This document shows, one piece after another, positions 20,857 to 30,667 of a DNA stretch of 63,118 nucleotides. The notes beneath the pieces are model-generated. The model did no database searches, was not told the origin of the DNA, and worked only from the letters and a program-made list of their open reading frames with translations. The DNA is from Bacillota bacterium. Its GTDB lineage: Bacteria; Bacillota; DTU025. How positions within the stretch are numbered: position 1 is the first letter of the stretch; each line of letters begins with the position of its first letter. Made by a program: the position numbers and the translations under genes. The stretch lies in NCBI GenBank assembly GCA_019136685.1, contig JAGVTS010000199.1, forward strand, positions 1 to 63,118. The letters run 5' to 3'.

Positions 20857-22011
20857 TTGCTAAGGAAGAAGCTTGTCTCTGCGTTATGTGCCTTTGCAGC
20901 GTCGTGTTCCGTGTGCCTGCTGCTCACAGGAACAGCAGTTACTGCCGGTGCCGTCCTGACATTCACCGAGAAGTCCATTCAGGCAACGTCAGCTTTTGGG
21001 CTGCTCAAAGATCTTTGTTCCCATAGCCATACGGTTCTCCTGGCGCGTTTCGGAGCGGACCCCGAGGTAGTGGCCGATTGGAACGAAGGGCTACTTGCAA
21101 AGGGATCGCCTAGACCGGGTTCGAGTCTGCTCGCACTGGCGGCTGAGCCGGGTGGGTTGCTGGATGCCGTACGCGCGCTGAGGGATCAATGCATACCGGC
21201 GAGGAAGGCCGTCGGCGCCGTCGCTTCTGAGCGCAAGAACTCTCCCGCAAACAACGGGATCCGCATGATCGAGCACAAGGTGGCACAGGGCGAGAGCCTA
21301 TCGGTGATCGCCGAAAGATACTCCGTGAGCGTTGACACCATAGCGTGGTCCAACTCGCTGTCCAATCCGAACAAGCTCAAAATCGGGCAAACACTCAAGT
21401 TTCCTTCCATATCGGGCGTGGTTCACCTGGTGACCCGGGGCGAATCGATTTGGACAATCGCCAAGAAATACGGGGTCAGCCGGGATGAGATTGTCCGCGC
21501 CAACCAACTGGACGAGCCCGACAAGCTCAAGCTCAAGCAAGCCCTGGTCATACCGGGCGCAAAGCCGCTTCCTGTTCGCAACGCCCCTATCGCCGTGGCG
21601 TCCAGGGGCGCTGCCAGTTCACGGTCGTCTGGATCATCGTCAGGCGACGCCTTGGCCTGGCCGCTTTCAGGCCGCATCTCCTCCCACTTTGGCCCCAGGT
21701 GGGGCAGGATGCACAATGGGGTTGACATAGCCGTGCCCATCGGTACGCCTGTGAAGGCCGCTGCCGATGGTTGCGTGATCTTCGCTGGGTGGAGTCCGGG
21801 ATACGGCAGGCTGGTCATCTTGGACCACGGCGCCGGCATCCATACATACTACGGCCACAACTCCTCTTTCGCGGTGAAGAAGGGCGACGCCGTGGCCGCA
21901 GGCGACCGGATCGCCCTATCCGGCAATTCCGGCGTCAGCACAGGGCCGCACCTGCATTTTGAGATCAGGGTGAACGGACGAGCCCGCAACCCCCTCGACT
22001 ACCTAAGGTAG
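20857..22011 (+). CDS. secreted peptidoglycan hydrolase with two LysM domains and a C-terminal M23 peptidase domain
   Basis: 384 aa with a signal-like N-terminus. Two LysM repeats (HKVAQGESLSVIAERY..., HLVTRGESIWTIAKKY...). M23 motifs HNGVDIA and GPHLHFEI. TTG start. Confidence 0.9.
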   Translation: MLRKKLVSALCAFAASCSVCLLLTGTAVTAGAVLTFTEKSIQATSAFGLLKDLCSHSHTVLLARFGADPEVVADWNEGLLAKGSPRPGSSLLALAAEPGGLLDAVRALRDQCIPARKAVGAVASERKNSPANNGIRMIEHKVAQGESLSVIAERYSVSVDTIAWSNSLSNPNKLKIGQTLKFPSISGVVHLVTRGESIWTIAKKYGVSRDEIVRANQLDEPDKLKLKQALVIPGAKPLPVRNAPIAVASRGAASSRSSGSSSGDALAWPLSGRISSHFGPRWGRMHNGVDIAVPIGTPVKAAADGCVIFAGWSPGYGRLVILDHGAGIHTYYGHNSSFAVKKGDAVAAGDRIALSGNSGVSTGPHLHFEIRVNGRARNPLDYLR

Positions 22012-22018
22012 GGCGCGG

Positions 22019-23311
22019 ATGGGAGAGTCAGCTGTGTTGACGGTGGCCGCGAGCGACCGGTCGGGCCGGGTGCTGAGGAACGACAATGCGCGGGCGGTGG
22101 CCCGCGCCGGCAATTACTTCATCGAGCTTCGGGCGTCCGACGTCATTCCGCTTCCTGAGGGAGCTACCCTGATGCGGTTGCCCGGCCGCGTTCCGGTAGG
22201 CGCCGATGGTTCATCCGGCGAGTTTGTGCAGGCCGGACCGGGCGAGGCGGTAGCGGCCATACTTCCCCAGGGCTATACTCGTACGTTTGTTCCGGCGTAC
22301 GTGTCGAAACCCGGTGCTCCCGAACTTCCGCTCTTTGGCTATTCGGCAGCGGCCTTCGTCGGCGACCAGATGGTAGTGGCCGCCATTCGCACCGATGAGC
22401 GCGATACCTGGGATCCGCGTCACTATAACCTTCCCGAACTCCCGGCGCTGGTCGAGGCCGCGCTCGGGGCCCATCCCGGCAACAGAATCCTCAAACAGTT
22501 GGCCAAATGCGCTCTGGAGTATCAATGCTACACTGCACAGAACCTCTTCTACAGGCGGTGGGAGGCCGGTGTACCCGTTTCACCCACCTGCAATGCGCGT
22601 TGCGTCGGCTGCATCTCCAAGCAGCCCTCAGAGTGCTGTCCATCTCCCCAGCAGCGCATTGACTTCGTCCCCACGCCCGATGAGATAGTTGAGCTTGCCC
22701 TGCCTCACCTGGAGGAGGCGCCTCAGGCCATTATCAGCTTCGGGCAGGGCTGCGAGGGCGAGCCCACTAATGAGTGGCGCGTCATTGCTGAGGCCTGTCG
22801 CGCCGTACGGGCGCGTACAGGTCGAGGCACCATCAACATCAACACTAATGCCGGCAACACACAGGCTGTAGAGGCCCTGTGCGATGCAGGGATGGATTCG
22901 TTCCGCGTAAGCTTGGTCAGCGCGCGCCCGATGCCTTACGCGCGATACCACCGGCCTTTGGGATACCGGCTGGCTGATGTGGAGCGCTCCATTGCCGTAG
23001 CGCGAAGACGAGGAGCATTTGTGTCCCTGAACTACCTGGCTTTCCCTGGGTTCACCGACCTTGAACCCGAGGTGGACGCGATCTGTTCTCTGATTGAGCG
23101 CACTGACGTTCAGATGGTCCAGTTCCGCAACCTCAACATCGACCCTGAGGTCTTCTCTAGTGTGATGCTGGACGGCCCGGGCGAGCGCGACAGTGGGGAT
23201 GAAGCCGCCGAGTCCGTCGAGCCCGCCGGTATGGTTCAAGTCATAGCTCACCTGCAGGACTGCTTCCCTCATTTGGTGATCGGCAACTTCAGTATCGCTC
23301 TGCGCGGTTGA
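22019..23311 (+). CDS. radical SAM protein with a roughly 190-aa uncharacterised N-terminal domain
   Basis: 430 aa. CX3CX2C cluster motif CNARCVGC. I cannot assign a substrate. Confidence 0.8.
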   Translation: MGESAVLTVAASDRSGRVLRNDNARAVARAGNYFIELRASDVIPLPEGATLMRLPGRVPVGADGSSGEFVQAGPGEAVAAILPQGYTRTFVPAYVSKPGAPELPLFGYSAAAFVGDQMVVAAIRTDERDTWDPRHYNLPELPALVEAALGAHPGNRILKQLAKCALEYQCYTAQNLFYRRWEAGVPVSPTCNARCVGCISKQPSECCPSPQQRIDFVPTPDEIVELALPHLEEAPQAIISFGQGCEGEPTNEWRVIAEACRAVRARTGRGTININTNAGNTQAVEALCDAGMDSFRVSLVSARPMPYARYHRPLGYRLADVERSIAVARRRGAFVSLNYLAFPGFTDLEPEVDAICSLIERTDVQMVQFRNLNIDPEVFSSVMLDGPGERDSGDEAAESVEPAGMVQVIAHLQDCFPHLVIGNFSIALRG

Positions 23312-23350
23312 GCGCGGCTCAGCCGTGATCTGTCCTTATCTGACCAATGG

Positions 23351-23381
23351 GTATACGAAAAGGGCTTGCGTTTTCGTATAC
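23351..23381. promoter_or_regulatory. perfect 11-bp inverted repeat with 9-nt spacer upstream of ctsR (operator or hairpin of unknown function)
   Basis: GTATACGAAAA (23351-23361), N9, TTTTCGTATAC (23371-23381). It overlaps the putative -35 element of the ctsR promoter. Confidence 0.4.
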
Positions 23382-23393
23382 TTGGTGTATCAT
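23366..23393 (+). promoter_or_regulatory. candidate sigma-A promoter of the ctsR-mcsA-mcsB-clpC operon
   Basis: TTGCGT (23366-23371), a 16-nt spacer, then TATCAT (23388-23393). Confidence 0.4.
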
Positions 23394-23404
23394 GATGTAC
23401 GAAA

Positions 23405-23421
23405 GGTCAGTAATGGTCAGA
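23405..23421 (+). promoter_or_regulatory. CtsR operator (direct heptad repeat)
   Basis: GGTCAGT-AAT-GGTCAGA compared with the consensus RGTCAAA-NAN-RGTCAAA. It lies just downstream of the putative -10 and 17 nt upstream of the ctsR ATG. Confidence 0.7.
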
Positions 23422-23437
23422 GCATCAGGAGAGTGTC

Positions 23438-23911
23438 ATGGCAAGCCTGTCGGATTACATTGAAAGCTACCTCAAGCTTCTCCTAAGCAGCGTGCCTGAT
23501 GATTGGGTAGAGATACGCAGGCGCGATCTGGCGGAGCGGTTCCGGTGTGCCCCATCGCAGATCAGCTACGTGCTGACCACTCGCTTCAACATCGAACGCG
23601 GATACGTCGTAGAGTCGAGGCGAGGAGGGGGAGGCTATATACGCATATTCCGGTTAGGGGCGGCGCCCGAAAGCGACGCTCTCGAGATAGTCCGCGGGGC
23701 AGTGGGCGATTCCATCGACCGGAAGGCCGCGGATGATCTCATCGCCCGTCTGGCTGAACTGGGAGCGCTCAGTGCGCATGACGCGGCTTTCGTGCGGGCC
23801 GCGGTGCTTGAGGGCGATGACGGCCGCCAGCCCGAGCTTGAGCGGATTGTCCGCGCGCGGGTCCTTAGGGCAACTCTCCTGTTTGTGCTGACGCAATCTA
23901 CTACCGAGTGA
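23438..23911 (+). CDS. ctsR: class III stress gene repressor CtsR
   Basis: 157 aa. MASLSDYIESYLK..., QISYVLTTRFNIERGYVVESRRGGGGYIRI (the glycine-rich loop is diagnostic). Confidence 0.95.
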   Translation: MASLSDYIESYLKLLLSSVPDDWVEIRRRDLAERFRCAPSQISYVLTTRFNIERGYVVESRRGGGGYIRIFRLGAAPESDALEIVRGAVGDSIDRKAADDLIARLAELGALSAHDAAFVRAAVLEGDDGRQPELERIVRARVLRATLLFVLTQSTTE

Positions 23912-23934
23912 GGTTTTGGGGGGAAGTCGTCATC

Positions 23935-24516
23935 ATGCTTTGCCAGGTATGCAATCAAAGGCCTGCAAACGTGCATGTCACCAAGGTCATAAACAACGTC
24001 CGCACCGAACTCCACCTGTGCCAGCAGTGTGCCAGGGAGCGCGGCGAGCTGGAGGTGTTCGCAGGGCCCAAATTCGCCTTTTCCAACTTGCTTGCGGGCC
24101 TGCTTCAGAGCGACGCGGCCGCAGGGGTCCCTGTGGGAATACCGGGCGGCTCTCGCAGTGTGTGTGCTACGTGCGGCCTCGAATATCCCGAGTTCATGAA
24201 TACCGGTTACCTGGGGTGCTCCGAGTGCTACTCGCAGTTTCTGCCAATGCTCAGGCCCCTGATCGCGCGCATTCACGGGCATGCGCGGCATACGGGCAAG
24301 GTGCCTGCGCGCGCCGGAAAGGCCGTACGCTTTCGTAAAGAACTTGAATCTCTTCGCGAGGAACTGCGCACCATGATTGAAGCGGAAGAATATGAAAAAG
24401 CGGCGCTGGTGCGCGACAGGATCCGCGATCTGGAGAAGGCTGCCGACCAGGCCAGGCAGGCGCAGGCGGAACAGGGCGAAGCCAAAAAAGACGAGGGGGA
24501 AGGGAGGCAGGCCTAG
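23935..24516 (+). CDS. mcsA: McsA (zinc-finger/UVR-domain activator of McsB)
   Basis: ORF track 23908..24516, trimmed to ATG 23935 (MLCQVCNQRPA). CxxC pairs are present, plus a UVR motif EEYEKAALVRDRIRDLE. Confidence 0.9.
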   Translation: MLCQVCNQRPANVHVTKVINNVRTELHLCQQCARERGELEVFAGPKFAFSNLLAGLLQSDAAAGVPVGIPGGSRSVCATCGLEYPEFMNTGYLGCSECYSQFLPMLRPLIARIHGHARHTGKVPARAGKAVRFRKELESLREELRTMIEAEEYEKAALVRDRIRDLEKAADQARQAQAEQGEAKKDEGEGRQA

Positions 24517-25617
24517 ATGGCAGGCAAGCGTGGAGCAGGGAGATACTGTGCTCTATGGATGTCCGGGGGCGGCCCGGAATCAGATATCGTGGTATCGAGC
24601 CGGGTGCGACTGGCCAGAAACCTGCGCGGGGTACCCTTCCCTCACCGAGCCGGAGAGGAACAGCTCCAGGCGGTGCTTGGTGGAGTGCGTCAGGCGGTGG
24701 AGGCTACTCCGTCGATAGGCCCCACTGAGGTATTGGGCCTTACGGGCGTTTCCATTCTCGACAGGCAACTTGCGGTGGAAGAGCACCTTACGTCTCCACA
24801 GCACATTCAGGAACCCAGCGGCAAGGCGCTAGTGGTCAATCGCGATAGATCCGTGTGCATAATGGTCAATGAAGAGGACCACATCAGGATACAGGCGATT
24901 CTTCCAGGTTTCCAGGTAGACGAAGCCCTGAGGCTCGCCTCTGCCACTGACGATGCGCTGGAAGAGACCGTGGACTATGCGTTCGACGAGAACCTGGGAT
25001 ATCTGTCTGCCTGCCCAACGAATGTCGGGACGGGCCTCAGGTCATCAGTGATGCTTCACCTGCCCGCTCTGGCGGCAGTCAACATGCTTGGGCAGGTGCT
25101 GGCGTCGGTGTCCAAAGTCGGGCTGGCCGTCAGGGGAATCTACGGAGAAGGCACTGAAGCCGTGGGCAACGTGTTTCAGGTGAGCAACCAGGTGACTATG
25201 GGGCGCTCCGAGAGCGAGATTGTGGCGCACCTTAAGGCGGTTGCCCGTCAGATTGTCGACAGCGAGCGCAATGCTAGAAGCGCGATCATGTCAGATGCCC
25301 GCAGCCAGCTCGAAGACAGGGTCTACAGGTCATACGGAATCCTGACCAATGCCAGGATGATCAGCTCGGAAGAGGCATTGAAGCTGACGTCGGATGTAAA
25401 ACTCGGGGTGGACCTAGGTCTCATTCCCGACCTGCCACCCGCGCTTCTGACAGCACTATCAGTCGACATTATGCCCGCGCATGTCCAAAGGTTTGTCGGA
25501 AGGGAACTCAATGCCTGGGAGCGAGACGTTTTCCGGGCCACGCTCATACGGCAGAGGCTCGGGGCGGCGGACCCCGAGAGCGCAGGCCCAGCCACAGGCG
25601 CGTGCAAGGAGGAATGA
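24517..25617 (+). CDS. mcsB: protein arginine kinase McsB
   Basis: 366 aa. Phosphagen-kinase core NEEDHIRIQ and ACPTNVGTGLR. An alternative start is ATG 24559. Confidence 0.95.
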   Translation: MAGKRGAGRYCALWMSGGGPESDIVVSSRVRLARNLRGVPFPHRAGEEQLQAVLGGVRQAVEATPSIGPTEVLGLTGVSILDRQLAVEEHLTSPQHIQEPSGKALVVNRDRSVCIMVNEEDHIRIQAILPGFQVDEALRLASATDDALEETVDYAFDENLGYLSACPTNVGTGLRSSVMLHLPALAAVNMLGQVLASVSKVGLAVRGIYGEGTEAVGNVFQVSNQVTMGRSESEIVAHLKAVARQIVDSERNARSAIMSDARSQLEDRVYRSYGILTNARMISSEEALKLTSDVKLGVDLGLIPDLPPALLTALSVDIMPAHVQRFVGRELNAWERDVFRATLIRQRLGAADPESAGPATGACKEE

Positions 25618-25620
25618 TGG

Positions 25621-28134
25621 ATGTTCGGTTCATTCACTGAAAGGGCGCAGCGCGTCCTCTACCTGTCGCAGGAGGAGGCGCGCAAGCTTGGCCACAACTT
25701 CGTGGGCACCGAGCATATCCTGCTCGGCCTGGCTCGCGAGGGCCAGGGTGTGGCCGCGCGCGCTCTTCAGAATCTGGGAATAGAGCCTGATGCAGTAAGA
25801 CGAGAAGTGGAGAGCATAATCGGGCGCGGCGACCCGGACGGTGTGGACACAGTGGGTTTGAGCCCTAGGGCCAAGCGCGTGTTGGAGCTGGCCATCGACG
25901 AGGCCCGTACCATGGGTCATGGCTATGTAGGCACCGAACACCTACTTCTCGGGCTGATTCGGGAGGGCGAAGGCGTGGCCGCGCAGGTGCTGGAGAATCT
26001 CGGAGCTGATCTTGACCGCGTCAGGGCGGAGGTTCTTGACCTCTTGGGCGGAACGGGAGGCGCGGGCGGCCCTCAACGCCAGGAGACGTCGGGGCAGGGC
26101 GCCGGGCGCGCCCAGCGCAAGAAGGGCACGCCCACCCTAGAGCAGTTCGGGCGGGATCTGACCGCCATGGCCCGCGAAGGAAAGCTGGATCCGGTGATCG
26201 GCCGGGATCGCGAGATGAACCGCGTAATCCAGGTGCTGTCGCGGCGCACAAAGAACAACCCGGTGCTCATTGGAGACCCCGGCGTGGGCAAGACGGCTAT
26301 CGTCGAGGGCCTAGCGCAGCGAATTGTGAAGGGCGACGTGCCTGAGCTGCTCAAGGACAAGCGTGTGCTCACTATGGATATGGGATCAATCGTTGCCGGC
26401 ACCAAGTACCGCGGCGAATTCGAGGAGAGACTCAAGAAGGTCATAGACGAGATAGTGAATTCCGGCGATGTGATCCTGTTCATTGATGAGCTGCACACAG
26501 TGGTCGGAGCCGGCGCAGCTGAAGGCGCCATAGACGCCGCCAACATCCTGAAACCCGCGTTGGCCCGCGGCGAACTGCAGTGTGTCGGAGCAACCACGCT
26601 CAACGAATACAGGAAGTACATCGAAAAAGACGCCGCTCTGGAGAGGCGATTCCATCTGGAGAGGCGATTCCAGACCATCCAGGTTGGCGAGCCGTCGGTG
26701 GATGAGACTGTATCCATACTCGAAGGGCTGCGCGACAGGTATGAGGCGCATCACAGGGTGAAGATAGCCGACGATGCGCTGAGGGCGGCGGCGGTTCTGT
26801 CCGACCGCTTCATCACTGACAGATTCCTGCCCGACAAGGCCATTGACCTGGTGGATGAGGCCAGTTCCAAGGCGCGTCTCGCTACTCATGTGGCCCCTCC
26901 CGACATCAAGCGCCTGGAAGAAGAATTGGATCGGGTGAGGGCTGAAAAAGAAGCGGCCATACAGAACGAGGAGTTCGAGAAGGCCGCGCAGCTGCGCGAC
27001 GAGGAGCAGAAGACACGCGATAGCATAGAGGAGCAGCGCAAAGAGTGGCAGAGCCGTCGCTACATCGACGGCGCGGTGGTCACCGAGGACGAAATCGCCC
27101 AGGTGGTGGCAGCGTGGACCGGGGTGCCGGTGACCAGAATCGAACAGACTGAGGCCGATCGCCTGCTTAAGCTGGAGGATGTACTGCACCGGAGGATCAT
27201 CTCGCAGCATGAGGCGGTGACGGCTGTGGCCAAGGCGGTAAGGCGGGCTCACGCCGGCCTGAAGAACCCGAGACGTCCTGTGGGCTCATTCCTCTTCCTA
27301 GGGCCCACGGGCGTGGGCAAGACTGAGCTGGCCAGGGCGCTTGCCGAGGCCCTGTTCGGAGATGAGGACTCCATGATCCGCCTGGACATGTCGGAGTACA
27401 TGGAAAGGCATACAGTGTCGCGACTGATCGGCGCGCCTCCCGGATACGTGGGCTATGAGGAGGCGGGGCAGCTTACTGAGAAAGTGCGCCGCCGCCCGTA
27501 CTCGGTGATCCTCTTTGACGAGATAGAGAAGGCTCACCCGGAAGTGTTCAACATTCTCCTGCAGGTGCTGGAAGATGGGCGCCTCACCGACGGCCAGGGC
27601 AGAACTGTCGATTTCCGGAACACTGTGCTGATAATGACGTCCAACGTAGGGGCGACGCAGATCCAGCGCGACACAGTTCTGGGCTTCCGAACCGAGCGCG
27701 ATGAGCGCGACTCGTATGAGCGCATGCGCGATAAGGTCATGTCCGAGCTGAAGAGGACCTTCAGGCCGGAGTTTCTCAACCGCGTGGACGAGGTGATTGT
27801 CTTCCATGCACTGGGGCGCGCGGAACTCGAGCAGATAGTCGAACTCATGCTTGCCGAGGTCCGCACGCATCTCGAGCCAAGGGGCATGCATCTCGCGTTC
27901 ACGCCCGCTGCCAAAGACGTTCTTGTGAACGAAGGGTACAGCCCAGAGTACGGCGCACGGCCGCTCAGGCGAGTGATCCAGCGCATGGTGGAGGACCGTC
28001 TGTCGGACGAGATCATTGCCGGCCGTGTCAAAGACGGCCAGGAAGTGATCGTAGACGCGGGGGAGGGTGCTCTCGTCTTTCATGTTCGGGGCCAGAAGGG
28101 TTCGCAGGCTGGTGCAGCGAAGGATATGACGTAG
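25621..28134 (+). CDS. clpC: ATP-dependent Clp protease ATP-binding subunit ClpC
   Basis: 837 aa. [14 protein letters not shown]-domain repeats, two AAA+ modules (GDPGVGKT and GPTGVGKT), and a UVR-like linker. It carries a 6-aa in-frame duplication (see the repeat at 26638-26673). Confidence 0.97.
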   Translation: MFGSFTERAQRVLYLSQEEARKLGHNFVGTEHILLGLAREGQGVAARALQNLGIEPDAVRREVESIIGRGDPDGVDTVGLSPRAKRVLELAIDEARTMGHGYVGTEHLLLGLIREGEGVAAQVLENLGADLDRVRAEVLDLLGGTGGAGGPQRQETSGQGAGRAQRKKGTPTLEQFGRDLTAMAREGKLDPVIGRDREMNRVIQVLSRRTKNNPVLIGDPGVGKTAIVEGLAQRIVKGDVPELLKDKRVLTMDMGSIVAGTKYRGEFEERLKKVIDEIVNSGDVILFIDELHTVVGAGAAEGAIDAANILKPALARGELQCVGATTLNEYRKYIEKDAALERRFHLERRFQTIQVGEPSVDETVSILEGLRDRYEAHHRVKIADDALRAAAVLSDRFITDRFLPDKAIDLVDEASSKARLATHVAPPDIKRLEEELDRVRAEKEAAIQNEEFEKAAQLRDEEQKTRDSIEEQRKEWQSRRYIDGAVVTEDEIAQVVAAWTGVPVTRIEQTEADRLLKLEDVLHRRIISQHEAVTAVAKAVRRAHAGLKNPRRPVGSFLFLGPTGVGKTELARALAEALFGDEDSMIRLDMSEYMERHTVSRLIGAPPGYVGYEEAGQLTEKVRRRPYSVILFDEIEKAHPEVFNILLQVLEDGRLTDGQGRTVDFRNTVLIMTSNVGATQIQRDTVLGFRTERDERDSYERMRDKVMSELKRTFRPEFLNRVDEVIVFHALGRAELEQIVELMLAEVRTHLEPRGMHLAFTPAAKDVLVNEGYSPEYGARPLRRVIQRMVEDRLSDEIIAGRVKDGQEVIVDAGEGALVFHVRGQKGSQAGAAKDMT
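26638..26673 (+). repeat. 18-bp in-frame tandem duplication inside clpC
   Basis: CTGGAGAGGCGATTCCAT (26638-26655) is followed directly by CTGGAGAGGCGATTCCAG (26656-26673), 17/18 identical. The protein reads [17 protein letters not shown] instead of the usual ALERRFQPIQV. Confidence 0.9.
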
Positions 28135-28169
28135 GGGCGCTAGAGCTAGAGCTTTGGGGGTTAGGGTGC

Positions 28170-29570
28170 ATGAAGGGCCCGAAGGGCGTTTTCGTCTGCC
28201 AGGAATGCGGATACGAGTCTGCCAAATGGATGGGCAAGTGCCCGGCCTGTGCTAGCTGGAACCGGTTTGCCGAAGAAGTTCGGCATGAGGCGGCGCCTGC
28301 GCGCATGTCCGGCCGGCGCAGCGGCTCCGGGCGCGGCTTGGCATCGGCGGCTGTGCCGATTCCAGTGGGTCAGGTGATCTCCGGGGACGAGGAGCGCCTC
28401 ATCACCGGGATAGGCGAGTTCGACCGGGTGCTGGGCGGCGGAATCGTAGCCGGGTCGGTGGCGCTGATAGGGGGCGACCCCGGCATCGGCAAGTCCACCA
28501 TACTGCTGCAGGTATCGGCGAGCGTTGCCCGGAGGATCGGGCCGGTGCTCTACGTCACAGGCGAGGAATCGGCCCGGCAAGTCGGCCTGCGCGCGGCGCG
28601 GCTCGATGCGGAGTGCGAGCGCCTTTTGGTGCTTCCGGAGACGGATGTCGTCTCCATTATCGAGCAGATCTATGCGGTCCGCCCGGCGCTGGTGGTGGTC
28701 GATTCCATCCAGACAATGGACTACGCCGGCCTGGAATCGTCGCCGGGCAGCGTGGGCCAGGTGCGGGAGTGCACGGCCCTGTTAATGCGAGTAGCCAAGG
28801 AACAGGGAGTGCCGATTTTTCTTGTGGGGCATGTCACCAAGTCCGGCGCGATTGCCGGGCCCAAGGTTCTGGAGCACATTGTGGATACCGTGCTCTACTT
28901 CGAGGGTGAGAGCGCCCACGCCCATCGCATTATCCGAGCTGTGAAGAACAGGTACGGCTCGACCAACGAAGTCGGCATATTCGCCATGACCGATTCCGGG
29001 CTTGAGCAGGTAGAGAACCCTTCGGAGATGCTCTTGTCGGAGCGGCCGGGCGGCGCGGCCGGCTCCGTGGTGGTAGCCAGCCTGGAAGGGACTCGGCCGC
29101 TCCTGGTGGAGGTTCAATCGCTGGTGGCGCGGTCGGTCACCGGCACGCCCCGGAGGACTACTACGGGCGTCGACTACAACAGGACCGCGATAATCATAGC
29201 GGTGCTTGAAAGGCGAGCAGGCTTTGCCATCGGAATGGAAGACATCTACGTGAACGTGGCAGGCGGGGTCGCCCTGAACGAACCAGCTGTGGACCTGGGA
29301 ATAGCGGCAGCCGTGGTATCCAGTTTCCGCGGCGTACCGGCCGCAGGCGGCACAGTGGTCTTCGGAGAAGTAGGGCTGGCCGGCGAGCTCAGGGCGGTCA
29401 ATCACGCCGATGTCAGGGTAGCGGAGGCCCAGCGCCTGGGATTTGGCAGGTGCGTGGTTCCGGGTCACAATCTCAAGAACATGACCAGGCGGCCGAAGGG
29501 CGTTGAGGTCGTAGGGGCGGCGAGCGTGCGCGAAGCCCTAGATGCGGTGTTTACGGGGGTGAGGTCTTGA
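28170..29570 (+). CDS. radA: DNA repair protein RadA/Sms
   Basis: 466 aa. Zinc finger CQECGYESAKWMGKCPAC, Walker A GDPGIGKST, a KNRYG motif, and a Lon-like C-terminal domain. Confidence 0.97.
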   Translation: MKGPKGVFVCQECGYESAKWMGKCPACASWNRFAEEVRHEAAPARMSGRRSGSGRGLASAAVPIPVGQVISGDEERLITGIGEFDRVLGGGIVAGSVALIGGDPGIGKSTILLQVSASVARRIGPVLYVTGEESARQVGLRAARLDAECERLLVLPETDVVSIIEQIYAVRPALVVVDSIQTMDYAGLESSPGSVGQVRECTALLMRVAKEQGVPIFLVGHVTKSGAIAGPKVLEHIVDTVLYFEGESAHAHRIIRAVKNRYGSTNEVGIFAMTDSGLEQVENPSEMLLSERPGGAAGSVVVASLEGTRPLLVEVQSLVARSVTGTPRRTTTGVDYNRTAIIIAVLERRAGFAIGMEDIYVNVAGGVALNEPAVDLGIAAAVVSSFRGVPAAGGTVVFGEVGLAGELRAVNHADVRVAEAQRLGFGRCVVPGHNLKNMTRRPKGVEVVGAASVREALDAVFTGVRS

Positions 29571-30628
29571 TGTCGGAGAGATTGCGCAAGATCTTCAGCA
29601 TGGTCGCGCCCGGGACTCCTCTCTATGATGGGCTGGAGAATATTCTGCGCGCCCGGACCGGCGGGCTGATAGTCGTGGGAGATACTCCCGAGGTAATGGA
29701 GATAGTGAAAGGCGGGTTCAGGCTGGACGCCGATTTTTCGCCGGCCGCTCTTTACGAACTTGCCAAAATGGACGGCGCTATAATCCTGTCGTCCGGCGCT
29801 GACAGAATACTTCACGCCAATGTCACTCTTGCGCCCGACCCTGACATACCATCGCGCGAGACGGGCCTGCGCCACAGTACCGCGGAGCGTGTTGCCAAGA
29901 TGACCGGCCAGTTGGTCATAGCGATTTCTCAGAGGCGCTCGGTGATCAGTGTGTACTGGGGGCACACCAGATACGTCCTGCGCGATATCGGAGTGGTGCT
30001 GGCCAAGGCCAACCAGGCCTTGCAGACCATGGCCAACTACCGCGACGCCTTGGTCAAGGCGCTTACCAACCTCACTGCGCTGGAGTTCATTGAAGAGGCT
30101 ACACTGGTAGACGTGTGCCGGGTTCTGCAAAGATACGAGCTGATGAGACGCGCATGGGACGAGGTCACCGACTACATAGCTGAACTCGGGTCCGAGGGTC
30201 GCCTGGTGAAGATCCAGGCCGATGAGGTCGTGGGAGGCATGTGGGAAGACGTGCTATTTGTCGCCATGGACTACGTACCCGACGGCGGCCAGGCTGAGGC
30301 GGAGCGACTGATGCATTCAGTTGCCGAGTGGCCCTTTGACGAGGTACTGGAGCTGCCGAGCCTATCTCGGGCGCTGACTCAGAGCTCAGGAGCCTCACTG
30401 GAATCGGCCATGTCGCCCAGAGGCTACCGCGCGCTGTCGAAGATCTCGCGGTTGCCCATATCGGTGATCCAGAATGTTGTTGCGGGATTCGGGTCGCTTA
30501 AGGCTATACGCAGCGCTACTGTGGAGGAGCTCGACGAGATAGAGGGTATCGGAGACGTGCGCGCAAGGGCCGTGCGCGAAGGACTGGCTCGCCTGCGCGA
30601 CCAGGTTGTTCGCAACCTTGTCATGTGA
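29570..30628 (+). CDS. disA: DNA integrity scanning protein DisA (diadenylate cyclase)
   Basis: ORF track 29567..30628. The ATG at 29570 overlaps the radA TGA. DAC domain (GGLIVVGD...DGAIIL) and a C-terminal helix-hairpin-helix (IEGIGDVRARAV). Confidence 0.95.
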   Translation: MSERLRKIFSMVAPGTPLYDGLENILRARTGGLIVVGDTPEVMEIVKGGFRLDADFSPAALYELAKMDGAIILSSGADRILHANVTLAPDPDIPSRETGLRHSTAERVAKMTGQLVIAISQRRSVISVYWGHTRYVLRDIGVVLAKANQALQTMANYRDALVKALTNLTALEFIEEATLVDVCRVLQRYELMRRAWDEVTDYIAELGSEGRLVKIQADEVVGGMWEDVLFVAMDYVPDGGQAEAERLMHSVAEWPFDEVLELPSLSRALTQSSGASLESAMSPRGYRALSKISRLPISVIQNVVAGFGSLKAIRSATVEELDEIEGIGDVRARAVREGLARLRDQVVRNLVM

Positions 30629-30667
30629 TCGGAGCATTCGGAACTGAGGATCCGCAACCGGGGCCGC

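Noticed and set aside
21110-21135. GGGTTCGAGTCTG, which resembles a tRNA T-arm
   Set aside because: The flanking bases do not form a T-stem or an acceptor stem. The sequence lies inside the LysM/M23 CDS. I recognised no tRNA anywhere in the window.
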